Assembly (NCBI GenBank): GCA_965226055.1
Contig: CBDDCA010000006.1
Coordinates: 64,001 to 128,000, forward strand
Direction: 5' to 3'
DNA: 64,000 bases
Source of the DNA: Spirochaetia bacterium
GTDB taxonomy: Bacteria; Spirochaetota; Spirochaetia; WTKD01; G963693115
Below, piece after piece: positions 1 through 10,616 of this stretch (position 1 is the first letter of the stretch; each line of letters starts with the position of its first letter). The translations under genes and the position numbers were made by a program. The notes beneath the pieces were generated by a model. That model had not been told where the DNA came from. It saw only the letters and a list, made by a program, of their open reading frames with translations, and made no database searches.

Positions 1-998
1 CTAAAAATTAAGGCTTCTGGCTCCATACCTAACCAAAGAGAATCGCTTGTAACAGGAACATATATTCCTAGCATATCAAAAAGACCTATAATATATACTA
101 AAGTAGAATCTTTTATAAAAGCAACACTAATATCCCCAATATTGATAATGACAGTACGAAGTGCCTGAGGCAAAATAACATAATACATTTTATAAAAATA
201 ATTAAGCCCTAGAGAATCTGCTGATTCGTACTGTGCTTTATTGATATCCTGTAAACCACCTCTAATAATCTCAGCTAAATAGGCAGATTGAAAAAACACC
301 AAACCAATAATAATACGTAGCACTTTAGGAACTTCATAGCCCTGTGGCAAGAAAAACAAAGCAACAGTAGATGCCATAAATAAAATAGTAATAAGAGGAA
401 TACCCCTAAAAAACTCTATATATCCTACTGAAAAATACCTCACTATTGGTAATTTTGAACGCCTTCCAAGAGATAGTAACAAACCAAGAGGAAATGAAAA
501 CATAAGTCCAAACAGAGATAACAGAGCAGTAAGCATAAAGCCTCCCCATTTATCAAATGGTATCTCTTTAAGTCCCCAAAACCCACCATATGCTAAAATA
601 TATGTACAAAGAGGAAATACCCCTAAATATACAAGAAATAACAATGATTTATTTTTTATCTTCTTCACAAAAAATAACATCATCAAAAGTATAATCAATA
701 CAAACAAGATATTTATACGCCAATATTCACTACGTGGAACAAACCCATAGATAAAAAATAAAAATTTTTCACGAATAAATATCCAACAAGCTCCCCCATT
801 ATCAAAACAAATCTGCTTTGAATCACCAGTAAATGTAGCTGTAGTAATACCCCAATGAACCGCCTTACTCACTAACTGCACAAGTACATATAATACAACC
901 ACACTGATGATAGTATTAGTAACAGAGCCAAAAAGGTTTCTTATAATAAACCGAGTACGCGAAACTAAAACATTATTTTTTAACTGAGTCTTTTTCAT
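1..998 (-). CDS. aapM: Amino-acid ABC transporter permease (AapM/BztC-like), truncated by the window edge
   Basis: ATG at 998 (MKKTQLKNNVLVSRTRF...). The frame stays open to position 1 with hydrophobic segments and the RGIPLI, AEIIRGGLQ and ILPQALR permease motifs. Follows aapQ. Confidence 0.85.
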   Translation of the reverse strand, partial: MKKTQLKNNVLVSRTRFIIRNLFGSVTNTIISVVVLYVLVQLVSKAVHWGITTATFTGDSKQICFDNGGACWIFIREKFLFFIYGFVPRSEYWRINILFVLIILLMMLFFVKKIKNKSLLFLVYLGVFPLCTYILAYGGFWGLKEIPFDKWGGFMLTALLSLFGLMFSFPLGLLLSLGRRSKLPIVRYFSVGYIEFFRGIPLITILFMASTVALFFLPQGYEVPKVLRIIIGLVFFQSAYLAEIIRGGLQDINKAQYESADSLGLNYFYKMYYVILPQALRTVIINIGDISVAFIKDSTLVYIIGLFDMLGIYVPVTSDSLWLGMEPEALIF

Positions 999-1021
999 GT
1001 TCTATCCTTTCCTTTTCTCCC

Positions 1022-2215
1022 TTATGTAAGAACCTTTTTATTATACATATTCATCAAAAACGAAGTAAAAGCACTAATAAGAAAATATGTCAACATTACC
1101 ATAGTCATAATCTCTAAAGCTCGCCCTGATTGATTAAGTGCTGTCCCTGCAAATACCGCTACAATATCAGAATACCCAACAGCAGATGCCAACGATGAAT
1201 TTTTTATAATATTAAGGTACTGATTGGTAAGAGGCGGTATCATAGAACGCAATGCAAGAGGCATTATTATATATCGTACCCGTTGAAAATAATTTAAGCC
1301 TAAACTATGAGATGCTTCAATTTGATTCTTCGGTATTGCTAAAATAGAAGAACGCAGTATAATTGCAATATATCCAGATGTATAAAATGCAAGCGCTGCT
1401 ACAAGCGCAAACAACTCGGGATATAAGGTAAACCCTGATGTAAAACTAAATTTCCCTTTCACTGGTAATGTTATATCAAATGGGGGAACAAACAATAATA
1501 TCAACACTATAGCAGATAGTAATAATACATTCCACCATACCACTCGTACTGGCTTTCCTTGTAATGCTTTTTTCTTTGAGTATATAAGCATTCCTATTAT
1601 AGCTACTACACAACATACAAGCAATACCATCGATAACAAGCTGTTTTGATGCCATACAAACCCTGGCATCGTCATTCCTTTAATACTTAAGAAAACAATA
1701 TCAAAAAATGAAATAGCTTTATCAAAATCTGGCAAAATTCGCTGTACTACTACTATATACCAAAATAAAACATGCAACAACGGAGGAAGATTACGTATAA
1801 TCTCAATGAGATACTCAGAAATACTTTTTAACAACACATTATTTGATAACAAAAACAACCCAATGATAACCCCAAGCACTGTTGCAATGACAATAGCTAT
1901 AAATGACGCAAACAAAGTATTAAGTAAGCCAACAAGATACACCCTAAAATAGCTATCAGAAGGATCATAGTCAATGAGTGTTTGCCCAATTGAAAAACTT
2001 GCGGTATCATCTAAGAACCCAAAACCAATAGTAATATTTCTCTGAGCAATATTAGTTATATAGTTATTAAATAAGAAAACAATCATTAAAGCAAACAGTC
2101 CTACCATCACTGTTTGTATAGCTATACTATATAATGATGCTTTATGATCACTTAATGACTGTGATTTCCAAAAAAATATTTTTGAAATATTTGACTTAAA
2201 TTCATTCTGTTTCAT
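1022..2215 (-). CDS. aapQ: General L-amino-acid ABC transporter permease (AapQ/BztB-like)
   Basis: GFGFL..TASFSIGQTLIDY, VGLLNTL, RNLPPLL, EAS.SLGL (EAA loop), NQYLNIIKNSSLA. Confidence 0.88.
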   Translation of the reverse strand: MKQNEFKSNISKIFFWKSQSLSDHKASLYSIAIQTVMVGLFALMIVFLFNNYITNIAQRNITIGFGFLDDTASFSIGQTLIDYDPSDSYFRVYLVGLLNTLFASFIAIVIATVLGVIIGLFLLSNNVLLKSISEYLIEIIRNLPPLLHVLFWYIVVVQRILPDFDKAISFFDIVFLSIKGMTMPGFVWHQNSLLSMVLLVCCVVAIIGMLIYSKKKALQGKPVRVVWWNVLLLSAIVLILLFVPPFDITLPVKGKFSFTSGFTLYPELFALVAALAFYTSGYIAIILRSSILAIPKNQIEASHSLGLNYFQRVRYIIMPLALRSMIPPLTNQYLNIIKNSSLASAVGYSDIVAVFAGTALNQSGRALEIMTMVMLTYFLISAFTSFLMNMYNKKVLT

Positions 2216-2295
2216 ATGGTCTAACTTGTATTGTTTATTTTGCTATACAATAGATTACTACACAATAGAGAAAATATACAATCGCACAACATACA

Positions 2296-2331
2296 CCTTT
2301 AATGGTAATACATATGCATTACCATTAAAGG
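2296..2331 (-). terminator. Stem-loop after aapJ (terminator or mRNA-stabilising hairpin)
   Basis: Perfect 14-bp inverted repeat cctttaatggtaat / attaccattaaagg, just past the aapJ stop. Confidence 0.65.
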
Positions 2332-2343
2332 CTCTATCATGAC

Positions 2344-3408
2344 TTATCGAATTGGATATCCGTATTGTAATCCTCCATTAAACCAAAGAGCATTATACCC
2401 ACGTGATAACTGTAAAGGAGAACCTTTTCCTAAATGTCTTTCAAACACTTCTCCATAATTACCTACTTGAACTATGATATTGTATGCCCAATTATTATCA
2501 AGACCAAGCTTTTGCCCCATGTTTCCTTCGGTGCCTAAAAGCCGTCTTACACCAGGATTAACCGAACTAGAGACCATCAATTCCACATTGCTTGAAGAAA
2601 TATTTAATTCTTCAGCATTGACCATTGCAAGCATTGACCATCGTACTATATCAAGCCATTGATCATCGCCATGACGTACTACTGGACCTAATGGTTCTTT
2701 AGAAATAAGATCAGGGAGTACCATATAATCATCTGGATTGGCAAACTTAGTACGCAATGCAGCTAGCTGAGATTGATCTGAAGTAAACGATTCACAACGC
2801 CCTGATTCAAAGGCTGCTGCAGCTTGTTCATTTTTATCAAATGAAAGAATTTCAAAATCAAAATTTCGTTCTCTAAAATGATCAGTAAGATTGAGTTCTG
2901 TAGTAGTACCTGCTTGAACACATATAGAAGCTCCATCTAAATCTGCTATTGCAACAATCCCTTCTGATTTCTTTACAATAAATCCTTGCCCATCATAGTA
3001 GTTTATACCTGCGAAATTCAAACCAAGCTCTGTATCTCTTGAAAATGTCCAAGTAGTGACACGAGAGAGAATATCAATTTCCCCTGACTGTAGTGCAGTA
3101 AAACGATCTTTGCCAGTAAGAGGGCGATATTCAACTTTATTAGAATCGCCAAATATTGCAGCAGAGACTGCTCGACACACATCTACATCAAAGCCTATCC
3201 ATTCATTACTACTATTGGGGGCAGAATATCCCGGTACTCCTGTAGTAACCCCACAAAGCACCTCACCTCTGTCCCTTACAATATCAAGAGTGGACTTAAC
3301 AACTTCTTTCTCTTCAGTGCGAGAAGATTGCTGTGATCCTCCACACGCAACTAAAAATAACAATGCTATAACGATAGTTATATACACTATATTATGAAAT
3401 TTCTTCAT
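2344..3408 (-). CDS. aapJ: General L-amino-acid ABC transporter substrate-binding lipoprotein (AapJ/BztA-like)
   Basis: Lipobox LVAC; RFTALQSGEIDILSR, YYDGQGF, GTTTELN, ISKEPLGP, VGNYGEVFER. Confidence 0.92.
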   Translation of the reverse strand: MKKFHNIVYITIVIALLFLVACGGSQQSSRTEEKEVVKSTLDIVRDRGEVLCGVTTGVPGYSAPNSSNEWIGFDVDVCRAVSAAIFGDSNKVEYRPLTGKDRFTALQSGEIDILSRVTTWTFSRDTELGLNFAGINYYDGQGFIVKKSEGIVAIADLDGASICVQAGTTTELNLTDHFRERNFDFEILSFDKNEQAAAAFESGRCESFTSDQSQLAALRTKFANPDDYMVLPDLISKEPLGPVVRHGDDQWLDIVRWSMLAMVNAEELNISSSNVELMVSSSVNPGVRRLLGTEGNMGQKLGLDNNWAYNIIVQVGNYGEVFERHLGKGSPLQLSRGYNALWFNGGLQYGYPIR

Positions 3409-3696
3409 AATACCTCCTAAATTTTTTAATAATTTTATTCATATACTATACCAGAAAAAACAACAAAAAATTATTTCATATATTCTTTCCTTCTTTTAAT
3501 TACATATATGTAATATATTATGCAATTATTACCTTTTTGTCAATACCCTTTAATAAAAAATATAGCAAAAAAGCTGAAAATATAGAGTTTTTCTATCTCG
3601 TACACCTACTGTATAAAAAAATTTCCGTAGATATACTGTATTACAATATATATCCTAGCATAACTATAATCAGAGTCTTTTTATCATAAGCACCTG

Positions 3697-4725
3697 CTAC
3701 TGTGAGCGTAATCTCTGCTTTAATACATCAAGAATAACTGCCAAAATAATAATCACCCCACGAATAACCTGTTGCCAATATGCATTTACAAAGAGCAAGT
3801 CAAGGCTATTTTTTAACACCCCTATAATAAGAGCTCCTACTACTGTTCCGGGAATACTTCCTACTCCTCCTAACAGGCTTGTTCCTCCAATAACAGATGA
3901 GGCTATAGCATCTAGCTCATACAGTACTCCTAGTATTGGCTGAGCACTATCGAGAATACCTGTTATCATAATTCCTGCTAAACCAGCAAGAAACCCTGCA
4001 TAAGTATAAAATCGAACTAAATACTTTGAAGTATCAATTCCTGATACTTGAGCTGCTTTAACATTTCCTCCAATAGCGTAGGCATAGCGTCCAAAACGCG
4101 TCGAAGATAAGAGTATATGCGTAAATATTACCATCACAATAAGTATATATATAGGAATTGGCACTCCTAAAAATTTCCCTTGTCCTAACACCTTAAACAT
4201 AGGGTTAAGACCGCTAATAGAAGTACCTTTTGCATATATTAGTGCAAAGCCTCGTGCAGAGGTCATCATACCCAATGTAGCAATAAAAGGGGGTATTCCT
4301 GTTTTACTTACCAACCATCCATTTATAAACCCTGCTAAGGCACCAACAAGCAATCCTGCTACAATAGGAATAATAAACGGTAACGTTGGCATATTGGGAA
4401 AAATGAGATTACTTGCCTTCCCAGAAACTTGTGCTAAACTTGCTGACACGACTGCCGAACAAGCAAGTACCGATCCAGAAGATAAATCAATTCCGTTCGT
4501 TATAATAATAATTGTTACCCCTAACGCAATAAGAGTGATAGGGGTCATGTTAACAAGAATATTAGAAATATTTCTCAGATTCAATGTTTTTCCATTGGTA
4601 AGAAAGGAAAACACCACTAACATTCCTAATAAAATAATTCCAATACCATATTTTTGAATAAATTCAACTCGTACAAGTCGTTTTTTTGCATCTTGCTGCA
4701 ATGTCTCTCTTGATCCTATCGGCAT
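3697..4725 (-). CDS. Sugar ABC transporter permease (RbsC/MglC/IatP family)
   Basis: [51 protein letters not shown]. Confidence 0.9.
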   Translation of the reverse strand: MPIGSRETLQQDAKKRLVRVEFIQKYGIGIILLGMLVVFSFLTNGKTLNLRNISNILVNMTPITLIALGVTIIIITNGIDLSSGSVLACSAVVSASLAQVSGKASNLIFPNMPTLPFIIPIVAGLLVGALAGFINGWLVSKTGIPPFIATLGMMTSARGFALIYAKGTSISGLNPMFKVLGQGKFLGVPIPIYILIVMVIFTHILLSSTRFGRYAYAIGGNVKAAQVSGIDTSKYLVRFYTYAGFLAGLAGIMITGILDSAQPILGVLYELDAIASSVIGGTSLLGGVGSIPGTVVGALIIGVLKNSLDLLFVNAYWQQVIRGVIIILAVILDVLKQRLRSQ

Positions 4726-4737
4726 AATTATCCTCCT

Positions 4738-6267
4738 TTACTTATATAGACTTTCATCAAATGTACTTAAACTTTCACCCGTTGCTAAATGCAATATTTT
4801 CTCTTGTGTTGCTTCAGCACGTGATAACTCTCCTGACTTCTTCCCTTCATGCATAACAATTATCCTATCAGACATACCAAGTACTTCAGGTAATTCAGAC
4901 GATACCATAATAATACTTTTCCCTTGTTGTGCAAGTCCTGACATCAATCTATGTATTTCCGATTTAGCCCCTACATCAATACCGCGTGTAGGTTCATCCA
5001 AAATCAGAATATCAGGATTGATAAGAAGCCACCGGGCGACAAGTACCTTTTGCTGATTTCCGCCACTAAGATTAACAATAAGCTGTTCAAGGGTTGGGGT
5101 TTTAATTTTCAAAAGTTCTTTAGAATGAAAACCATCTTTTCTAATGGCAGATTTATCCAATAACCCTACTTTTTCGTACTCTTTCATATTTGCCATAGCA
5201 ATGTTATCCAACACAGACAAAATAAGATATAGGCCTGACAACTTTCTATCCTCTGTGAGTAACGATATACCATTATCTATAGCATCGCGTGGACTACGAA
5301 TAGTGATAGGTTCTCCATTCAATGTAACCGAACCACTTGTTTTCTGTGTAACACCAAAAAGACATTCTAATACCTCTGTTCTCCCTGAACCTATTAGTCC
5401 TGCAAAACCAAGTATCTCGCCTTTTCGTAACTCAAAACTTACATCATGAAATACTCCTCTCTGAGTAAGATTATCTACAGAAAGCACTACTTCCCCAATA
5501 TCTGCAGGTTGTTTAGGAAATAATTGATTGATTTCCCGCCCTACCATCATTTGAATCAATGTTTCTTTATTTATATCCTTAGTAAAACATTCTCCAATAA
5601 ATTCACCATCACGAAACACTGATATATCATCAGTAATCTTAAACACTTCGTCCATCTTATGAGTAATAAAAATAATAGCGACTCCATTATCCCTTAGCTT
5701 ATTTACTATCCGAAAAAGATGCGCTACTTCGCTTTCAGTAATGGCACTGGTTGGTTCATCCATAATAATAAGATCAGAGTTATACGATATTGCCTTTGCT
5801 ATTTCTATCATTTGTGTTTGTCCAACACTCAAATCAACCATGTTACTTTTTGGGTCAATTTTAATCTCTAACTCACTCAGTAAGTTTTTAGCGTTGTCAT
5901 TCATTTTCGGAAAATCTATCAGAAGATTAGAAAATCTACGCGGCTCTCTTCCAAGAAAAATATTTTCCGCTACCGTCATATACGGTACAGGATTTAATTC
6001 CTGATGAATCATAGAAATTCCCATGTCAAGAGCATCTTGTGTAGAACGAAAATGCACTTGTTTCCCCTTAAAGAACACTTCCCCTTCATCTGGAGTATGA
6101 ATTCCAATTAAGATCTTCATGAGAGTAGATTTTCCTGCACCGTTCTCTCCCATAAGTGCATGTACTTTGCCTTTTCGTACTCTCAAGTCCACCGACTTTA
6201 GTGCTTTGACTCCAGGAAAAGACTTCGATACTTTTTTAATTTCAAGTAAATAATCGTTTTGTTCCAT
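4738..6267 (-). CDS. Sugar ABC transporter ATP-binding protein (two-domain, MglA/IatA family)
   Basis: [38 protein letters not shown]. Confidence 0.93.
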   Translation of the reverse strand: MEQNDYLLEIKKVSKSFPGVKALKSVDLRVRKGKVHALMGENGAGKSTLMKILIGIHTPDEGEVFFKGKQVHFRSTQDALDMGISMIHQELNPVPYMTVAENIFLGREPRRFSNLLIDFPKMNDNAKNLLSELEIKIDPKSNMVDLSVGQTQMIEIAKAISYNSDLIIMDEPTSAITESEVAHLFRIVNKLRDNGVAIIFITHKMDEVFKITDDISVFRDGEFIGECFTKDINKETLIQMMVGREINQLFPKQPADIGEVVLSVDNLTQRGVFHDVSFELRKGEILGFAGLIGSGRTEVLECLFGVTQKTSGSVTLNGEPITIRSPRDAIDNGISLLTEDRKLSGLYLILSVLDNIAMANMKEYEKVGLLDKSAIRKDGFHSKELLKIKTPTLEQLIVNLSGGNQQKVLVARWLLINPDILILDEPTRGIDVGAKSEIHRLMSGLAQQGKSIIMVSSELPEVLGMSDRIIVMHEGKKSGELSRAEATQEKILHLATGESLSTFDESLYK

Positions 6268-6277
6268 ATATTTTCTC

Positions 6278-7309
6278 CTAAGACTTTACCTGATGTTTTC
6301 TTTGATCAATAATAACAGCCAAAATAATAATTATCCCTAGTGCTATCTGCTGTGCATAGGCTGATACATTGAGTATATCCATACCATTTTTAATAATACT
6401 AATGATCAAGGCTCCTACAAAGGTACCGGGAATAGTACCAATTCCCCCGTTTAGACTAGTTCCTCCAATAACCGCAGAGGCAATGGCAAATAGCTCATAA
6501 CTTAAACCAAGCCCTGCTTGTCCTGACCCAATACGTGCAGTAAGAACAACAGATGCTACGGCAACAAGCACCCCAGCAAAAATATACACAAACAAAGTGC
6601 ATAACTTTGTATTTATTCCAGAAACATATGCAGCTTTAGGGTTTGCTCCAATGGCATAAATATATCTTCCTAACCTTGTATTATTTAATATCATATGAGT
6701 GATAATACCAAAAATAATAAAAATCCATACAGGGTTGGGAATGCCAAATAAAAACCCTTGTCCTAAAACATTAAAAGAAGGGCTAAGTGCACTCAACGGA
6801 CGCCCTCCCGCATATATGAACGCAAGCCCACGAGCTGCAGTCATCATGCCTAATGTTGAAATAAATGGCGGTAAATTTCCCCATACAACTAATCCTCCGT
6901 TACTACATCCTATAATCGCACCTAATACCAGTCCTATCAGTATAGGAACAATGATAGGCAATACTGGTAAATTTGGATAGCGAATAAAAATACCTGTGCC
7001 TTTTTGTGTCTGTAATAGACTTGCTATAACAACAGAGATAAGTGCTAACACCGAACCAGAAGAGAGATCAATACCATGTGTGATAATAATCAATGTGACA
7101 CCAAAAGCAATTAAGCCAATCACACTTGTCTGGCGTATAATATTAAGAATATTATTCAGTGCAAGAAAACGCCCTTGTGTAGCAATAGCAAGAAACAAAA
7201 CAATACCAATAAAAATAAAATAAATACTATGTTTTATGATAAAGCGCTTAAACTGTACAGAAGATTTCTCTGTCGATACTGTAGCAGTACTATTAGATAA
7301 TTTTTCCAT
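6278..7309 (-). CDS. Sugar ABC transporter permease (IatP/MglC-like), paralog of 3697..4725
   Basis: [48 protein letters not shown]. Confidence 0.9.
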   Translation of the reverse strand: MEKLSNSTATVSTEKSSVQFKRFIIKHSIYFIFIGIVLFLAIATQGRFLALNNILNIIRQTSVIGLIAFGVTLIIITHGIDLSSGSVLALISVVIASLLQTQKGTGIFIRYPNLPVLPIIVPILIGLVLGAIIGCSNGGLVVWGNLPPFISTLGMMTAARGLAFIYAGGRPLSALSPSFNVLGQGFLFGIPNPVWIFIIFGIITHMILNNTRLGRYIYAIGANPKAAYVSGINTKLCTLFVYIFAGVLVAVASVVLTARIGSGQAGLGLSYELFAIASAVIGGTSLNGGIGTIPGTFVGALIISIIKNGMDILNVSAYAQQIALGIIIILAVIIDQRKHQVKS

Positions 7310-7375
7310 TACTCCTCCTTTTATATACCATTATACAACAAATAAATAAGCATATTATTTAATATATCAGAATAC

Positions 7376-7415
7376 AAAAAACTCCTATGGATATTTTATG
7401 CCATAGGAGTTTTTT
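7376..7415 (-). terminator. Intrinsic terminator or stabilising hairpin after the binding-protein gene
   Basis: aaaaaactcctatgg-N10-ccataggagtttttt: 15-bp inverted repeat with T-tracts on both strands. Confidence 0.75.
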
Positions 7416-7468
7416 ATCTATTGTATAACTATATGATGATTCATAGGGACATACCCCTTACCTTTATA

Positions 7469-8413
7469 TTACTTATATTGGATTGCGTTATCCTTTGTAA
7501 CTGGTTCAAAAGGAATAGATATACTCTGATTAAAGCTATCACCATTTATCATCTTTAATGCCACTTCCAATGATCCTTTTCCTTGAGCACGCCCATTTTG
7601 GAACATTGTCATATCCATATCACCAGCTTCCAGTGCGGCAATGCCATCTGGAGAAGCATCAACACCTACTACTATTACTGAGTCTTTCAGACCTCTTTCC
7701 TTTAATGCAAGTGCTGCTCCAATAGCCATTTCATCATTATTAGCAAACACTGCGTCAATTTTATCACCAGACGCAAGCCAGTTTTCCATTACTTGAATTG
7801 CTTCAGGCCTCTTCCAGTTTGCAGTTTGCTCTCTAATAATATTAAAACCAGGTGCATTTTGCGACAAATATTCTTCAACTCCTTGTGTTCTTCCTACTTG
7901 AGGAGCAGAACCTAATCCTCCTAAAAGAATAACAGCATTGCCACTTGTCCCTAGTTTCTCTACCACATATTTTGCTTGCCCTCTTCCTGCTTCTATTTCT
8001 GGAGAAGCTACCACTGCCACCATCTGTCCCTCAGGAACAGCTCCGTCAGCATTTGGTCTTCTATTCAGGTATACCAAAGGAATACCTGCTTCTATCGCCT
8101 TATTGGTAATAGTAGGGGCAATATCGTTATTGATAACATGAATAATAATGCCATCTACTTGGGCAGTAATAAAGTTATCAATCTGCTTCACTTGTTCTGC
8201 AGGGTCACTTTTTGCATCAGTAGCAATTATTTTAACCCCCATAGTTTGCGCAGTTGCTTCTATTTCATCTTTTACAGCAGTCATAAAGACATCGTCAAAA
8301 GTTTCAATAGTCACCCCTATCGTCACAGAGCCTCCTGATTCTCCTTCTCCATTAGCAAATATAGTAAAAGATACTATTACTGACAAAAACAAAACTAATA
8401 CTAGTTTTTTCAT
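7469..8413 (-). CDS. Sugar ABC substrate-binding protein, inositol/rhizopine-binding (IbpA/MocB)-like
   Basis: Signal peptide; FDDVFMT, GIPLVYLNRRP, ANWKR, ANNDEMAIGA (periplasmic binding protein type I). Confidence 0.8.
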   Translation of the reverse strand: MKKLVLVLFLSVIVSFTIFANGEGESGGSVTIGVTIETFDDVFMTAVKDEIEATAQTMGVKIIATDAKSDPAEQVKQIDNFITAQVDGIIIHVINNDIAPTITNKAIEAGIPLVYLNRRPNADGAVPEGQMVAVVASPEIEAGRGQAKYVVEKLGTSGNAVILLGGLGSAPQVGRTQGVEEYLSQNAPGFNIIREQTANWKRPEAIQVMENWLASGDKIDAVFANNDEMAIGAALALKERGLKDSVIVVGVDASPDGIAALEAGDMDMTMFQNGRAQGKGSLEVALKMINGDSFNQSISIPFEPVTKDNAIQYK

Positions 8414-8607
8414 AAAAAAAATCCTCCTTTTATTATATCATTTAGTTATTTTGATAGTATACTATATTTAATTATTTTAGTCAAACAGAGAAAATAGAAA
8501 AATTTACAGTTTCCTTTACTCTCTACTAACAACAGTATGTCATCCCTTCATGAGCATACATACATCAATACAGTACCATACTTGCCTTTATATAGGCACA
8601 TCTATTC

Positions 8608-9615
8608 TTACTTATTTGTTAGTGCTTGCCTTGTCGTAAGTAAGGTATCCACATTTTGAAGAGTGATCGGAACCCAAGGAACATTATACAGTTTTTGCGT
8701 ACCATTTTCCCAATCTAAATCGTTCCATACATCTGCCTTAGGAGCATAATCATCACCCAACACTGCACGAAGTGCCAAATCCAACGCCCCTTGTGCTTGT
8801 CCAACAGCATCTTGTAATATGCTGTTCATTTCATTATCTTTCACTGCGTACATTGCATCTGTTACCCCGTCTATCCCTGCAATAGCAAAATCTTTTATAT
8901 TCAATCCTGCTTGCTTAATAGCTTGAATAGCACCAAGTGCCATCTCATCATTTTGTCCGATAACACCATTTATCTGTCCTGGATGAGAATTAAGCCAATC
9001 TTCCATTAACGATAATGATTCAGCACGAGACCAGTTTGCTGTTTTCATTTCCAGAACTTGTATATCAGGATACTTTTGTAATACCTTAAGATTGCCTTCT
9101 CTTCTTTGAATTTGTGCAGATTGCCCTATAGGGCCTTCTATAATTACTAGATTGCCTTTGCCTCCCATGCCATCAACAACAGATTGAGCTTCCATAGCAC
9201 CTGATATTACATCATCAGATCCGATATACGAGTACAGCTTATCTGTATTTACCCGAGTATTGGATCCTACAACAGGTATATCAGCTTCTACTGCTAGCTC
9301 TACTGCGGCTACCCCTGCTTCAATATCAATAGGAACAAAAAGTATTGCATCATATCCTTGTGATACCATTGTTTCAAACTGACTGTACTGTACCGATGCA
9401 TCATAGTTACCATCAAAAACAGTAATATCCACTTCGCCTGCAACTACTGCTGGATGTCGTTCCAGTGCAGTTGTCCATAAACGCATAAACTCTCCTTTGA
9501 GTCCATACACAGCCGCTCCCACCTGTACTTTCTTGTTACCTCTGTTACAAGACATAACAAACACAGATATAACTATTGTTAGTATAGTTATCAATACAAA
9601 ATAAAACTTTTTCAT
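8608..9615 (-). CDS. Sugar/polyol ABC substrate-binding lipoprotein
   Basis: Lipobox VMSC; GPIGQSAQIQR, TANWSR, QNDEMALGA, GIDG. Confidence 0.85.
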   Translation of the reverse strand: MKKFYFVLITILTIVISVFVMSCNRGNKKVQVGAAVYGLKGEFMRLWTTALERHPAVVAGEVDITVFDGNYDASVQYSQFETMVSQGYDAILFVPIDIEAGVAAVELAVEADIPVVGSNTRVNTDKLYSYIGSDDVISGAMEAQSVVDGMGGKGNLVIIEGPIGQSAQIQRREGNLKVLQKYPDIQVLEMKTANWSRAESLSLMEDWLNSHPGQINGVIGQNDEMALGAIQAIKQAGLNIKDFAIAGIDGVTDAMYAVKDNEMNSILQDAVGQAQGALDLALRAVLGDDYAPKADVWNDLDWENGTQKLYNVPWVPITLQNVDTLLTTRQALTNK

Positions 9616-9633
9616 AAAGCCTCCTTATTATTT

Positions 9634-10608
9634 TTATTCATTAGTATATCGTAAAGAATCTAACATCACTGCAAGAATGATAATAGAGCCTTTTATCACT
9701 TGTTGAAAATAGGAAGAAACTCCCAGTAAATTCAAGCCATTATTTATGACTCCTATAATCAATACGCCAAATATCGTTCCAATGAGAGTACCTTTTCCTC
9801 CCTTTAAGTTTGTTCCACCAATGACCACAGCTGCAATTGCATCTAACTCGTACGCTTGCCCTGCTTGTGGTAGTCCCGCAGTGGTACGTGCAGTAATAAT
9901 GATACCTCCCAAAGCTGCCATAATGCCAGAAATAACATACACTGAAAAATATATTATTTTTATGTTTATTCCCGATACCCAAGCACTTTTTTCATTTCCT
10001 CCCACTGCATATACATATCTTCCATAGCTTGTGAAATAAAGCAGAATATATAACAAAACAAATGCCACAAATACAATCACCACAGGGAAAGGAATACCTC
10101 CCAACAATGTGCCTTGCCCTAATTGTAAAAACGAAGGACTCAACTGAGGAATAGGTTTGCCATCAGAATAAATATAGGTAATTCCTCTGGCAATACTAAG
10201 CATACCAAGTGTTACCACAAAAGCAGGTACTCGTAGAAAGGCAATAAAAAACCCATTCACTGCCCCCAAAATGATACCTGATAGTATGGCAAGCATCACT
10301 ATTACAGAAACTGGGTACACGGTTCCTCCGCTGGTACTACTTGCAAGGCTTGCCGCTACTACCCCAGAAAAAGCAAGAATAGAACCAACAGATAGATCTA
10401 TGCCTCCTGTAAGAATTACAAAAGTCATTCCTAAAGACAAGAGCCCGTTTATTGATATTTGTCGTAAAACATTTATGAGATTTCTTGATACTAGAAAATT
10501 TGGTGTTGCTATGTATAATGCTAAGCACAGTACAAAAAATACAAGCACAATGCCATACTGAGAACTTATATTTTTAGATATATGCTTAATACTGTGTATC
10601 TTACCCAT
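9634..10608 (-). CDS. Sugar/polyol ABC transporter permease (RbsC family)
   Basis: GMTFVILTGGIDLSVGS, YGRYVYAVGGN, YELDAIAAVVIGG. Confidence 0.9.
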   Translation of the reverse strand: MGKIHSIKHISKNISSQYGIVLVFFVLCLALYIATPNFLVSRNLINVLRQISINGLLSLGMTFVILTGGIDLSVGSILAFSGVVAASLASSTSGGTVYPVSVIVMLAILSGIILGAVNGFFIAFLRVPAFVVTLGMLSIARGITYIYSDGKPIPQLSPSFLQLGQGTLLGGIPFPVVIVFVAFVLLYILLYFTSYGRYVYAVGGNEKSAWVSGINIKIIYFSVYVISGIMAALGGIIITARTTAGLPQAGQAYELDAIAAVVIGGTNLKGGKGTLIGTIFGVLIIGVINNGLNLLGVSSYFQQVIKGSIIILAVMLDSLRYTNE

Positions 10609-10616
10609 AATGTCTC

